From assembly GCF_006345805.1 (NCBI RefSeq), contig NC_043026.1:6944001-7008000 (forward strand): a DNA stretch of 64,000 nucleotides, read 5' to 3'. A program made the position numbers and the translations under genes. Below the pieces are notes generated by a model. The model had not been told where the DNA came from. It worked only from the letters and a program-made list of their open reading frames with translations, and made no database searches. The stretch is from Octopus sinensis. Taxonomy: Eukaryota. Shown here in pieces: positions 1 to 14,049 of this stretch (its first letter is position 1; each line of letters begins with the position of its first letter).

Positions 1-30
1 ATATAGATGTGCATGCATGTGTATTTATTT

Positions 31-787
31 TATTCTTTTATTCCTTTCAGTCATTTGACTGCGACCATGCTGGAGCACCGCCTTTAAGTAGAACAAATCG
101 CCCCCAGGACTTATTCCTTGTAAGCCTAGTACTTATTCCATTGGTCTCTTTAGCCGAACTGCTAAGCTACGGGGACGTAAACACACCAACAGCGGTTGTC
201 AAGTGATGGTGAGGAGGCACACACACACAAACATATGCATGTATACCATGGGCTTCTTTCAGTTTCCTTCTACCAAATCCACTCACAAGGCTTTGGCCAG
301 CCTGAGGTCATAGCAGAAGACACCTGCCCAGAGTGCCACACAGTGGGACTGAACCCGGAACCATGTGGTTGGTAAGCAAGCTACTTACCACTCAGCTACA
401 CCTAATGTATATTTTTACCTGTTTCAGTCATTTGACTGTGGCCATGCTGGAGCATCGCCTGTAGTTGAACAAATCGACTCCAGGATTTATTCTTTGTAAG
501 CCTAGTACTTATTCTATTGGTCTCTTTTGCCGAACAGCTAAGTTACAGGGACGTAAACACACCAACACTGGTTGTCAAGCAGTGGTGGGGAGGGGCCCAA
601 AACAGACACAAAGAGACACTCATACAACAGGCTTCTTCCAGTTTCCATCAATGAAATTTATTAACAAGCCTTTGGTCAGCCTGGGGCTACAGTAGAAGGT
701 AATTTATGCAAGATGCCACACAGTGGGACTGAACCTGGAACTGTGTGGTTTGTAAAGAAGCTTCTTACCACACAGCCACGCCTGCGC
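31..787 (-). mobile_element. Two tandem SINE family A copies (~31-407, ~418-787)
   Basis: Reverse complements of the 53737 copy. Confidence 0.85.
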
Positions 788-1585
788 ACACACACACACC
801 ATGGAACTAAAGAGACTACACTTTCTCCACATTTTTCCCACTCCCATCAGAGGGAAAGAGAGGGAGGAGGAGGAAGGAAAGAGTGGAAGAGGGAGGAGGA
901 GGGTAAGAGAAGGAGGAGGAGGAGGGAAAGAGAGGGAGAGAAATATAATAATGCAACAAAATACACAAAACTAAAAGAAAATAAAGCTGGGGGGGGGGGG
1001 GGAAGACAAAAGAGTGGAATTATTATTATAGGTCAGTTATAGATGAAAGGGAGAGAGAGGAAGATGGTTAGTGGTGGTGGGAGGAGGAGGAGGAGGTGGT
1101 GGTGGTGGTGAGACAGTGGTGGTAGCGGTGACGGAGGTGGTTGTGGTGGTAGTGATGTGAAGAAGGTGGTTGTTGCAATGGTGGTAGTGGTTGTGATGGT
1201 AGTGATGTAGAGGTGGTGGTGGTGGTTGTGATGGTGGTGGTGGTTGTGATGGTGGTAGTGGTGATGGTGATGTAGAGGTGGTATTAGCCTGACAGTGGTG
1301 GTGATGGTAGTGGTGGTAGTAGTGGTAGTGGTAGTATTAGTGGTGGTGGTGGTAGTAGTAGTAATGGTATCATTATTATTATTATTATTATTATTAGTAG
1401 TAGTAGTAGTAGTAGTAGAAAAAGCAGCTGGGTAAAGGGGTGATGTTGGTGGTTTCACATTGGTGGTGGTGGTGGTCAAGTGACAGTAGTGTTAGGAAGG
1501 TCAGTGTGTGGCCAAATCAGAGAGAGAGAGTTTGTGGGTGGGATTACAATGGAGCTGGGGGGAAGGGTCAGTATTGTAGTGTTGC

Positions 1586-1818
1586 AAGGTGGTGAGCTGG
1601 CAGAACCGGTAGCACGCCGGGTGAAACGCTTAGCAGTATTTCGTCTGTCTTTACGTTCTGAGTTCAAATTCCGCCGAGGTCGACTTTGCCTTTCTTCCTT
1701 TCGGGGTTGATTAAATAAGTACCAGTGATGCACTGGGGTCGATATAATCAACTTAATCCATGTGTCTGTCCTTGTTTGTCCTCTCTGTGTTTAGCCCCTT
1801 GTGGGTAGTAAAGAAATA
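1586..1818 (+). mobile_element. tRNA-derived SINE family B, full length, 16-bp TSD
   Basis: aaggtggtgagctggcagaa...ggtcgactttgcctttc..ctttcgggg...aaagaaata. TSD agtattgtagtgttgc. Confidence 0.9.
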
Positions 1819-2340
1819 AGTATTGTAGTGTTGCTGGTGTATTGATGTTTAACCCCAGACCAAACTCAATTCAACACATCTATCCACCGTCCCCCACCAA
1901 CTGACCTTCATTTTCCAGGAATCATCCAATGTACCCCCACCATTTTTTTTTTCCCAAGATGGCCATGTATGGCTTGAAAGGAGGATTTGGCTGCTATTGG
2001 CAGTAAGGTGGTGTTGGTGATGTCTCTGTGGGTGAAGAAGATGGTGTGACATCATATACACCTGTACACCACATGTACACACACACACACCCTGCTGTGT
2101 GATATGGTGGGCTCCCGGGGTAGACGAGTGGCTTGTGAAAGCTGTATGGGCCATGTGCAGAGACACTGTCAGTAAGGTGAGTTTACCACTGTATCATCAT
2201 CATTTAACGTTCAAGCTACCTTACAGACGGATTGAACCTGAGACCACATTGCTGTTAACCACACATCCATGCCCATGCTTCTAGCCTTGCCAGAAATATT
2301 TGGAAATAAAAACAACATCATCATTTAACGTCCACTCTCC

Positions 2341-2408
<68 letters not shown>

Positions 2409-3792
2409 ACATCAACATCAATACCAAAATCAAATCAAATGGAAATTGTAGGTGTGACCCCCATTCTGGTAGCACATAAAAAGCACCATCCGAGCATGGT
2501 CGATGCCAGTGGCACATAAAAAGCACCCACTACACTCACAGAGTGGCTGGCATTAGGAAGGGCATCCCGGGATTGATTTGCTCGACTAAAGGCGGTGCTC
2601 CAGCATGGCCCGCAGTCAAATGACTGAAACAAGTAAAAGAGTAAACCCATTTATTGCCATTCTCTGCAAAGTCATTACAGAGATGATCTTAAATTGGGAG
2701 AATGAGAGCTGGGGGTGGGTCCCTAAACAACAACTCAATCTAGTAACTATTGCACCTTTCCCAATGTGGCAACTACCACCGACACTACCATTTCTGCTGC
2801 TGTTGCTGTTGAGCTGTCCGGTCTGAGTAGTCTGAACGATGGTCCTTTGCTCAGAAGAGAAAGCAGGTCAACCCCTGACACCGAGAGCATCGACAGATGG
2901 ATGAATGCACATCCAGGCTCAGCTACTAGGCCATTGCACCTCCACTGTGGTCATTAAACCGTCCAGAAATAGAAGTCAAATTTTGCTCCCTTTATACCAT
3001 ACAATCTAGTATGGCGTTGAACATAAGTCAGCTTGACCTTAGCCAACCTACACCACCACCACCACCACCACCACCACCACAGCCTATACTACCACTCCTA
3101 ACACCACCACCACCACCAATACCACAGCCTATACTACCACTCCTAACACCACCATTGTCATTATCACTAACACCACTTCAGTCCCCACTTCCACTACCAC
3201 CACCACTATTCCCACCACTACTACTACTACCACCACCAGATAACTATTGCCACTCCCACGGCCACCACCACCAAAGACATGCAACTGAAGTGGGAAGGAT
3301 GCTTACAAGTTTTCCCATGACAAACAGCTGACCTTTACAGAGACACAGCAGCTTCCAGTAGGGGGTGGGGGGGGAGGCATGAGGGAAGGACAGGGACGTG
3401 GGGGTTGGGGCGAGAGACAGGGTGTGTGGGGGAGGAGGGGGAAAAGCAGAGGTGCGAGGAGTGGCGTGGATGTGGAGGATTCGGGGGGAGGGGGGTAGCC
3501 GGTGGCTGCACGAAAAAGACAAAAAAAATAATAAAGGAAAAGAAAGGAAAAACAAAAGAAAAACACGAAGAGAGAGTGAGCGACACCACACCGACACCAG
3601 ATCAAGGGTGCGGTGTCGCTTTGTGCAAATGTGGCATGCGGCACGATGGGAGGAGGAGATAAACGTTCTTGTATAAATCAGCATTGCTATCAAACGATGC
3701 TCATGATGATGATGACAATGATGATGATGATGATTATGCCACTCCCAGCAATGGTCATTATTAAAGTTATTAATGTTATACTCTCTCTTTCT

Positions 3793-4190
3793 CTCTTTTA
3801 CTTGTTTCAGTCATTTGACTGCGGTCATGCTGGAGCACCGCCTTTAATCGAGCAACTCGACCCCGGCACTTATTCTTTTGTAAGCCCAGTACTTATTCTA
3901 TCGGTATCTTTTGCTGAACCGCTAAGTAACAGGGACATAAACACACCAGCATCGGTTGTCAAGCAATGCTAGGGGGACAAACACAGATGCACAAACACAC
4001 ACATATATATACATATATACATATATACAACAGGCTTCTTTCAGTTTCTGTCTACCAAATCCACTCACAAGGCTTTGGTCGGCCCGGGACTATAGTAGAA
4101 GACACTTGCCCAAGATGCCATGCAGTGGGACTGAACCCAGAACCATGTGGTTGGTAAGCAAGCTACTTACCACACAGCCACTCCTGCGCC
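3793..4190 (-). mobile_element. SINE family A, full length
   Basis: Ends ccactcctgcgcc. High similarity to the 53737 copy. Confidence 0.9.
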
Positions 4191-6322
4191 TATAATTATT
4201 ATTATTACGACTACTACTACTCCTGCTATTATTGTTATCATTATAATTATTGTTACTGTTGTTGTTGTCGTTAAGGTGGTGAGCTGGCAGAATCGTTAGC
4301 AAAATGCTTAGCAGCATTTCACCCATTTTTACATTCAGAGTTCAAATTCTGCCATGGTTGACTTTACCATTTGTCACTTTAGGGACTCGATAAAAAAATT
4401 TTTTTAAAAGGACCAGTTGAACACTGGGGTCCACATAATCGATCAAACCCCTCATCCAAACTTGCTGGGCTTGTGTCAAAATTGGAAAAACTTATTTCAG
4501 GGTTTTGTGCGGGCCTCTGTAACGGATTGGGTCAAAAGTCATTGAAAAGGCTGCAGGCAACAAAGGAAAGGCTTTGACAAACAAAAACAAAACAAACAAC
4601 TGACTACTGAAACCAACAAGTTAAACAAACGATTAATTGGTTGGATATTTAACCAGTTGAATAATAACAAAGGAGTGGAAGTGAACCAGTGTGTGTGTTA
4701 ATATTGGCATGATGACCCACCTTAAAAATAACAAAACTTGAAACTTATTATTATTAAGGTGGTGAGCTGGCAGAATTGTTAGCACGTTGGGCAAAATGCT
4801 TAGCAGCATTTCGTGTCTTAAAGTTCTGGGTTCAAATTCTGCTGAGGTCAACTTCGCCTTTCATCCTTTCGGGTTGATAAATTAAGTACCAGTGAAACAC
4901 TGGGGTTCATGTAATTGACTACCCCCCCCCACCAATTTCATGCCTTGTACCTTTAATAGCAAAGATTATTATTGGCCGTTCGCCAGCCTCGTCTGGCACC
5001 TGTGTCGGTGGCACATAAAAAACACCATCCGAGCGTGGTCGTCAGCCAGCCTCGTCTGGCACCTGTGTCGGTGGCACATAAAATCACCCACTACACTCTC
5101 GGAGTGGTTGGCGTTAGGAAGGGCATCCAGCTGTAGAAACACTGCCAGATTTGACTGGCCTGGTGCAGCCTTCGGGCTTGCCAGACCCCAGTTGAACCGT
5201 CCAACCCATGCTAGCATGGAAAGCGGACGCTAAACGATGATGATGATGATTATTATTATTAATATAATTATTAAGGTAGCGTGCTGGCAGAATCGTTAGC
5301 AAGCCAGACAAGATGCCTAGGGGTATTTTGTCAGTTGCTACGTTCCGAGTTCAATTTCTGCTGAGGTCAACTTTGACTTTCATCCTTTTAATACCAGTGA
5401 AATACTGGGGTTGATGTAATTAACCCTAACCCTCCCCCCCAAAATTTCAGGCCTTGTACCTATAGTAGAAGCAATTATTATTAGTACTACTGTTATATAG
5501 TAAGGTGTGATTTGAGAGATTTGGCTGCTATTTTTACCAGGTCTAGCTACCTTATAAAGGACACCATTGGCTTGGTAGTGTATTGTGGTGGTGGTGGTAG
5601 TAGTAGTAGAAATCTCATGGTGGTTGTGGTTATTAGTAATGCCATGTTATAGAGATGGTGGTGGTGGTGGGAGGGGGAAATAAAGGGGAGGAGGAGCAGG
5701 GGGGAGAGATTAAAGAGCGAGGGGGAGGGGAAGATAGTGGTACCATCAGAGCAGCGGGGGTGGGTGGGTGGGGTGGAGGCCTCCTGTCCTTTGTACAGAG
5801 AATGGTAAGTAATGATAGGTGGCGTGGGGTGGAGTGGGGGGTGTTTAATGTACAAATTACAGGATGGAACGCAATCCCACCCCACCCCCTATCTAGACGG
5901 CTGCCCATCCCCCTCCCACACATACAAGTATACACACACACATATATATATATATACACACACACATATATATACATACATACATATACAACATACATAC
6001 ATGCACATACATATACACATACATATATATACATACACACACATATACATACACACACATATACATACACACACATATACATGCACACACATATACATAC
6101 ACGCACACACACACACATATACATACATACACAAACATGCATATCCACTATCCTATGTATACTCAGCCACAAGAACACACATGAATGCAACATACATCTT
6201 CATACACACACACAGAAATGTACATCTGCATATACACACACACACACAAAACACACCCTACCTAATGACAGCTATTACTATCTCACCACGTCCATCAAAC
6301 TACACACACACACACACACACA

Positions 6323-6712
6323 TACTCTTTTACTTGTTTCTGTCATTTGACTGCGGCCATGCTGGAGCACCGCCTTTAGTCGAGCAAATCGACCATGGGA
6401 CTTATTCTTTGTAAGCCCAGTACTTATTCTATCAGTTTCTTTTGCCAAACCGCTAAGTTACGGGGACGTAAACACACCAGCATCGGTTGTCAAGCAATGC
6501 TAGGGGGACAAACACAGACACACAAATATACATATATATACATATATACGACGGGCTTCTTTTCAGTTTCCGTCTGCCAAATCCACTCACAAGGCTTTGG
6601 TCGGCCCGGGGCTATAGTAGAAGACACTCGCCCAAGGTGCCACGCAGTGGGACTGAACCCGGAACCATGTGGTTGGTTAGCAAGCTGCTTACCACACAGC
6701 CACTCCCTGCGC
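6323..6712 (-). mobile_element. SINE family A, full length
   Basis: Same consensus. Abuts a family D2 SINE at ~6713-6945. Confidence 0.9.
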
Positions 6713-7374
6713 ATGAAATTAACATAAAAGTGGTTGAACACTCCACAGACATGCGTACCCTTAACATGGTTCTCAAGGAAGTTAGCGTAACACAGGATGT
6801 GACAAGGCTGACCCCTTTGAATTTTTGCTGGCTGAGTAGACTGGAGCAATGTGAAATAAAGAGTCATGCTCAAAGACACAGTGTCACCAGGAATTGAACA
6901 CACGACCTTACAATTGTCAGCCGAATGCCCTAACCACTAAGCAAAATGCCTCCACACACACACACAAAAGTACTATTAGCAGCAGTGTGAGGGCAATTTA
7001 ACCCTGCAATAGACGGGAACCCCATCCAGAGAGAAGTCTAGAATTCACTTTCACTTAAACACCTCACAAAAATTTGGATAAGCTCCAACACAATGAGGTA
7101 AAAAGACTTGAGACAGGCTTTCATTTTTATACATAACTATATAAACGTACATAACAGAAGCCGATTATTGATATTCTGAAGGCATTTAGTATGTAGGTTT
7201 CAAGTGGTTATGTGACAAGTTGTCAAGCAGGTACCTACCCTCTTCAGTCATTACAAGCTAAATCTAGTTACAATGCAACACACACACGCACACACATACA
7301 GGAGAGGAACATTGAGTCTGTACCATCCAATGTGTATGACATTTAAGCAAATTACTCCTCCTTTTTCCCTCCCT

Positions 7375-7479
<105 letters not shown>

Positions 7480-7504
7480 CACACACACACACACACACGA
7501 ATCC

Positions 7505-7790
7505 GCAATGGCCCAGTGGTTATAGTAGTGGACTTGCGGTTTCATTCCCCAGACTGGGCGTTGTGAGTGTTTATTGAGCGAAAACACCTAAAGCTCCTCG
7601 AGGCTCCGGCAGGGAGTGTTGGCGATCCCTGCTCTACTCTTTCACCACAATTTTCTCTCACTCTTTCTTCTATTGGCCTGCTCGCTTAGCCAGCCAGATG
7701 CCATCATTTGAAGGCTAAAACAATGCAAAGTGCACTGTAACCAGCGATGTGTAACAACATCTGATAGCCTGGTCGGTCACGGTGATCATG
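7505..7790 (+). mobile_element. tRNA-derived SINE, separate family
   Basis: Head gcaatggcccagtggttatagtagtggacttgcggtttcattcccc with A/B-box-like motifs, then a non-tRNA body. Confidence 0.55.
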
Positions 7791-7848
<58 letters not shown>

Positions 7849-8051
7849 TCACACAGGTGACAAATGGTGGTACTTTTATGAGTAAAATAGCTGAAGATTA
7901 TATTAAATGAGAGATGAAACTAAGAAATGATGTAAGTGAGACAGAGAGAGGACACAGTCCACCAGGGGGCCAGTGGCTGGAGTGTGACTGCTAGTGCTTC
8001 AATATCAATAAGTGGTCCTTTTCTGGGTCCAGAGGAGTCCCTGACTACACC

Positions 8052-8285
8052 TATTTCTTTACTACCCACAAGGGGCTAAACACAGAGGGGACAAACAAGG
8101 ACAGACATAGGTATTAAGTTGATTACATTGACCCCAGTGCGTAACTGGTACTTAATTTATCGACCCCGAAAGGATGAAAGGCAAAGTCGACCTCGGCGGA
8201 ATTTGAACTCAGAACGTAACAGCAGACGAAATATGGCTATGCATTTTGGCCAGCGTGCTAATGATTCTGCCAGCTTGCCGCCCTT
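8052..8285 (-). mobile_element. SINE family B, 8-bp TSD
   Basis: Reverse complement of family B. TSD actacacc. Confidence 0.88.
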
Positions 8286-8709
8286 ACTACACCGATACCC
8301 TAAATCCCGTCCAGGACACCTGTCTGCATAGCAGCAGCTCTTCCTCGAATTATGATATACCCCTACATTTTCTTTCCGTAGGTCTTAGAGCCAACGTGTG
8401 AACCTCGTGTGTGAATATCTCAATTTGCAGGCCTTGCTAACCCACATTCCTATGAATGTATTTATAAGCAACAACAACAACAGTAACAGCATCAAATTAT
8501 TTCAAAGCCTCGTTACAGCCAGTAATGAGGAGTGGGCAGGAGTTATTAAGTCAGCAGCTATTAAAAGGCGAATGGGGTAGGTGGGTTGGGTGGGGGTAAG
8601 ACGGTTAAATTACTCAGAATTTTCGTTTGGTATTTCTTTGAGGCAAGACTGGAGCTAAAAACTGTGGCATTTGGTTTAATCATCAGATAATGGAATAATT
8701 ACAACAGCC

Positions 8710-9000
8710 AGGACTACAATTACACACACACACACACTTTGATGCAGTTAGATAACATACATACACACACACACACAGCTGGATTAATACATACATACAT
8801 ACGTTTACAGACACTACACACACACAACCAGATATATGTATACACACACACACTTTGATGCAGTTAGATACATACACACACACACAGCTGGATTAATACA
8901 TATATACACACATTTACAGACACTACACACACACACACACAACCAGATATATGTATACACACATACAGACTTTGATGCAGTTAGATACATACATACACAC
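8710..9000. repeat. ~115-120-bp CA-interspersed tandem repeat, ~2.3 copies
   Basis: ctttgatgcagttagata x3, cagctggattaataca x2, aaccagatatatgtatac x2. Confidence 0.8.
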
Positions 9001-9003
9001 ACA

Positions 9004-9824
9004 CATGGTGCATTCCAGAAGTTTTGAGACTTTTTTTTTCTTTAGGAGAGACAGTTATAAATGTTCTAGATTATTGTAATTTTAAAATGTCGTTAGTGTA
9101 CATCAAATAAGCTGACCTGCCAACCTTTTGTTTTTCAAGACTGAAGGAAACAGCTGTAACAACACTTTGGACACACCCTGCTAAATGCTGCTGGTCACAG
9201 CTGACTGGATTTGAAGAATGCAGTCGAGACATGAAAACAATTCGGGAAATTGAGACATAATACAGTTTTATGTTAAACTGGGGAAAACCACCACAGGATC
9301 TTGTGAAGTGCTCCAGACTGGTCGTGGATAAACTTGTATGAGCTGAGCATCCGTCGCAGGCAAAGCAAGTCCACTGGGAAGCCCCTCATGATCCCCTTTC
9401 TCTCTCAAAAACAAGGGCATTGTCTAGATCCAGTGGGTTCTCTCTGACCAGATAGTCAAGAAGGGGTACTTTGTTAGGGTTTCCAGGGAATTCCTGAAGA
9501 GATTTTGTCACGTAAGGCCAGAGCATTTGCACCAGGACAATGCACCAATCCACAATTCCATTCCAGTAACCAATTCCTTGACAGAGATGGGCACCAAAAC
9601 TGTCCCCTCACCCTCCCTGCAGCCCACACCTTGCTCCCTGTGACTCCTGGTTGTTCTTTAATCTAAAAGAGAAGCTCAGGGGCAGCTGCTTTGAAAACGT
9701 TGGGGGGTGGATGTTTTGACAAGGATTTTGGATGCCTCCACTTTGTGGGGCTTCCATGGGGCCTTCATAAAGTGATGGGAACACTGCAATATGTGCACTG
9801 AAGTCAGGGGATACTACTTTGAAG
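9004..9824 (+). mobile_element. Degenerate, internally deleted mariner (Tc1/mariner) transposon
   Basis: TIR-like start ggtgcattccagaagttttgagact. Decayed transposase motifs across frameshifts: HQDNAPIH, PTLAPCDSWLFFNLKEKLRG, terminal ggatactactttgaa (cf. HDNA..H, YSPDLAPCDF.LF..LK, GDYFE). The right end is cut by a SINE. Confidence 0.8.
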
Positions 9825-10457
9825 TGTACATTATATGTACACAGGGTAAAGAGTATAGACCCCCTTCAGTCATGAATGACCATGGGATTGCATCTAGAAG
9901 GTTTCCCTCCATGGCGCAAGTCTGAGCAAGGTTGCTTATGGAAGACCAGCAGTCACCTATGGATACCAGCCACCCCCCTCCACACCATTATATGTAGACA
10001 GGGTAAAGAGTATAGACCCCCTTCAGTCATGAATGACCATGGGATTGCATCTAGAAGGCTTCATGGCACAAGTCCGGGCAAGGTTGCTTATGGAAGGCCA
10101 GCAGTTGCCTATGGATACCAGCCCCAACCCTCTCCATGCCACCGATGTTATCCAAGGGAAAGGTAAAGGGGCCGATACAGCTTGGCACCAGTGACATCAC
10201 AACTCATTTCTACAGATGAGTGAACTGGAGCAACTGGAAATAAAGGGTCTTGCTCAAGAAGACAACTGAGAATCAAACTCACAACCTCATGGGGGCCAAT
10301 CAGGCAGTACTGGCATCGACCATGCTTGAATGGTGCTTTCTATGTGCCCCTGGCATGGGAACCAGTCAGGCAGCACTGGCAATGACCTATTTAAAATTTC
10401 TTATTAAAATGACATAATTAAAAAGTGAAACAAAAAGCAAAAATGAAGAAAACTTAC

Positions 10458-10599
10458 GTTTTTTGTCGTTGCCGATAGCATCGGCTATTTTCTCTCGGAT
10501 GATGTGGCAAGCATCGAAAACGATGGTAGAAGGATCAAACTGCATTGTTTTCACTACATTGCTGCCAACAACGCTGATCTTTAGCGACAGGGTGGCCAT
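10458..10599 (-). CDS. TLN1: Talin, first coding exon (N-terminal FERM F0 subdomain), 47 codons + 1 nt, phase-1 intron follows
   Basis: Translation MATLSLKISVVGSNVVKTMQFDPSTIVFDACHIIREKIADAIGNDKK closely resembles the talin N-terminus as I recall it (human MVALSLKISIGNVVKTMQFEPSTMVYDACRIIRERIPEA). Strong Kozak context ccaaccATGG. Canonical donor AAC|GTAAGT at 10457-10452. Invertebrates have a single talin (rhea ortholog), so TLN1 is only the nearest vertebrate name. Confidence 0.93.
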
Positions 10600-10706
10600 G
10601 GTTGGGCGAAAAAAGTGGGACGGACAGCGGCAGATGAGAGTTTTCTGTTAATTCAAGTGCCGCGGCTGCGGGTTGGTGTGTCTTGTATTTTGGCAAAGGG
10701 TTTAGC
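10600..10706 (-). other. TLN1: 5' UTR part of the talin ATG-containing exon
   Basis: Acceptor tcttcttcttcctctcgttgcAG|GCTAAA at 10708-10707. In the talin frame a TAA occurs at nt 3-5 of the exon, so no in-frame N-terminal extension is possible. The acceptor implies upstream non-coding exon(s). Confidence 0.8.
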
Positions 10707-10949
10707 CTGCAACGAGAGGAAGAAGAAGAAGACGTGGTGGTGAGAAATGATCGATTGATTGATTGATGGATGGAGTGAGGTATCTTGTAGAAAACCGTAG
10801 TGGGAGGAGGAGGGCGAGGATAAAAATGAAGACAGGATGAAGATAAGACGATGGCAAGATAACAAAGATGAAAAAAAAAGAATGTAAAGGGAGATAATTG
10901 TGTACTACAAGCTGTTATCACCTACATTATCACACAAACACAAATTATC

Positions 10950-11660
10950 ATAGAATAAGAGAGACAACATCATAAGCTAGTTTCTCTGGCATTCTCTTCA
11001 ACATGTTTGTCATACAATGAGTGAAATAATTCAAAATTATATGCCATTCTCTCCAACATTCTACCACAAAATGTTTGTCATACAATAAAGGGAGACAATT
11101 CAAAACTATAAGCTGTTTCCACCAGAATTCTCCCACAAAATGCTTGTCATACTATAAGGGGAGACCATTCTCCCACAAAACGTTTGTCATACAATAAAGG
11201 GACATAACTCAAAATTATAAGCTATTTCCACCAGAATTCTCCCACAAAATGCTTGTCATACTATAAGGGGAGACCATTCTCCCACAAAACGTTTGTCATA
11301 CAATAAAGGGAGACAATTCAAAACTATAAGCTGTTTCCACCAGAATTCTCCCACAAAATGCTTGTCATACTATAAAGGGAGACCATTTTCCCACAAAACG
11401 TTTGTCATACAATAAAGGGAGACAATTCAAAACTATAAGCTATTTCCACCAGAATTCTCCCACAAAATGCTTTTCATACTATAAGGGGAGACCATTTCCC
11501 CACAAAACGTTTGTCATACAATAAAGGGACATAACTCAAAATCATAAGCAATTTCCTCCCACAAAAAATTTGTCATACGATAAAGGGGAGCAACTCATTA
11601 CAACGAGACATTTTCTCCGGCATTCTATCCAAAATTATTTGGTGATACGATAAAGAGATC
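10950..11660. repeat. 109-bp dimeric (40+69 bp) tandem repeat, ~4.5 homogeneous copies with decayed flanks
   Basis: ccaccagaattc recurs at 11119, 11228, 11337 and 11446. Both subunits start tctcccacaaaa..tgtcatac..ataa.ggg. Confidence 0.9.
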
Positions 11661-12053
11661 CTGCTCAACACACCCAGTTGGTTTTATCTGGCAATCTAGC
11701 ACAGTTTAATTCCATGCTGCCAGTCAAAGAGCCTCCAGATAATTGCAGGACAAAAATACCAAAATAAGCGTCACCATTAGCTATGTTAAAATTGCGTACC
11801 GAAAATATCATACAGATATTTTCTCACAGTCAATCATTGCCACCAGTGTGTGTGTGTGTGTGTGTGTCACACAGAGGATACATGCCTATATGCATACATA
11901 TAGGCACATACATGTATTCACATGCATACATACACCGCATATATGAAACAAGGAGAGGGAGAGTTTAAGGTATGCATGTTTTGTGTGCATGTATGTGTAT
12001 GCCTTTAAACATGAATGTGTGTGTGTGTATACATATATATATATGTATGTATG

Positions 12054-12087
<34 letters not shown>

Positions 12088-12100
12088 TATATTATGTATG

Positions 12101-12140
<40 letters not shown>

Positions 12141-12157
12141 ATAAAAAGAATGACAAG

Positions 12158-12200
<43 letters not shown>

Positions 12201-12284
12201 CACATATATATAGATAGATACACACGTATGTGTACTTGCTGGCATGTATGTGTAATTATATGCACTCACACACATGTCAACAAG

Positions 12285-12316
<32 letters not shown>

Positions 12317-12539
12317 CATACATACATACATACATACATAGATACATACACACACATATATATACATAAATAGAGATGAGAGAGAGAGATGGGTGGGGAC
12401 AGAAATAAAACTTATGTAGACATTGTGTGTATATATGTCTCTCTCTCTCTCTATATATATATGTCTCTCTCTCTATATATATATATATAGGCAGAGAGAG
12501 ACAGAGTGACAGAGAAAGAGGAGAGGTTTGATGAGGAAT

Positions 12540-12570
<31 letters not shown>

Positions 12571-14049
12571 GTCCCTTGTGAAATTTGAACCTAAGTTGTC
12601 ACAGTTTATTGTAGAATGCTGGAGGGAGAGAGAGGTGGGAGAGGTCGAATAAAAGGAGAGGAGAAGCAGAGAGAGGAAGGGGAGGAGGAGGAGAAAGCAA
12701 ATGGGTGTTGAGAGGGGTGAGATATGAAGGTGGGTAGCGGTGAGAGCAATGGGTGTTGAGGGTGATTATAGCAATGATGATGATGATGGTGGTGGGGGCC
12801 AAGATGGCGGTGGTAATACTAATTGCTTGTGGTGGTGGTGGTGGTGGTGGTGGTGGCGGTGGTGGTGGTACTGATTGCATGTAGTGGTAGTGGTGGTGGT
12901 GGTGATGGCGGAGGTGGTAATGATCATAATAGCAACATAACAGACATTATTCTTTGATTATTATTTGGCAGACTCGTTAGAACATCAGATTGTAGAAGTG
13001 TGTATGCGAGTGTGCATGTGTGTGTGTGTTCTCTCCAGCTCCTTACATTCCAAGTTCAAATTCCACTGAGGTCGACTTTTATTTTCATCCCCCCCAGGGT
13101 CAATATAATACTCCTTCCCTAAAATATCTGGCTTTGGGCTTAAATTTCAAAAACTATTATCATTATTGCTATTATCATTATTATTATTATTATTATCATT
13201 ATTATTATTATTATTATTAAGGTAGGGGGAGCTGGCAGAATCGTTAGCACGTCTGGCGAAATGCTTAGCAGTATTTCGTCTGTCTTTACGTTCTGAGTTC
13301 AAATCCCACTGATGTCGACTTTGCCTTTCATCCTTTCAGGGTCGATAAATTAAGTACCTGTTGCACACTGGGTCAATCTAATCAACTGGCCCCCTCCCCA
13401 AAAATTTTGGGCCTTAAGCCTAGAGTAGAAGATATTATTATTATTATTATTATTATTATTAAAGGCAGTGAGCTGGCAGAATGGTTAGTACGCCAAGCAA
13501 GCAAAATGCTTAACAGCATGTTGTGAGTTCAAATTCTGCCATGGTTGATTGTTTCTTTCATCCTTTCAGAGTCTCTTCCACCAAATTTCAGGCCTTGTAC
13601 CCTTAACAGACAGGATTATTATTATTATTGTTATTATTATCATTATAATTTGGTGGGAAAGTGAACAAAGGTAGTAAGATGAGAGGAGGGATTTTGTGTG
13701 TGTGTGTGAATGTAAATATGCAAGCATGTGTATACAAGTGTGTAACAATGCGTGTATACACAAATATGATGCCGTGTGTGTCTACAAAAGTGTGCTTTTG
13801 TAAACCACTGTGTATTCATGTGTCTGTGAGTCCCCGTTTGTGCATGTGTCCCCCTAAATGTGTGAGACACAGACAAGAGACCATAAATGCATGCATGTGT
13901 GCAGGAATATGTGAGTGTACATGTACAACACACACACATACAAACCACTACAACCACCACCACCACTACCACCCAAACCATTATCTCCAACCGGGGTGCC
14001 CCCCTCTCTCCTTTGGAATAAATTATAATCTTTAATATCGTTTGACCTT

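Noticed and set aside
8383-8600. Plus-strand exon after ttttctttccgtAG
   Set aside because: There are stops in all frames and only a weak donor. No support beyond a single acceptor.
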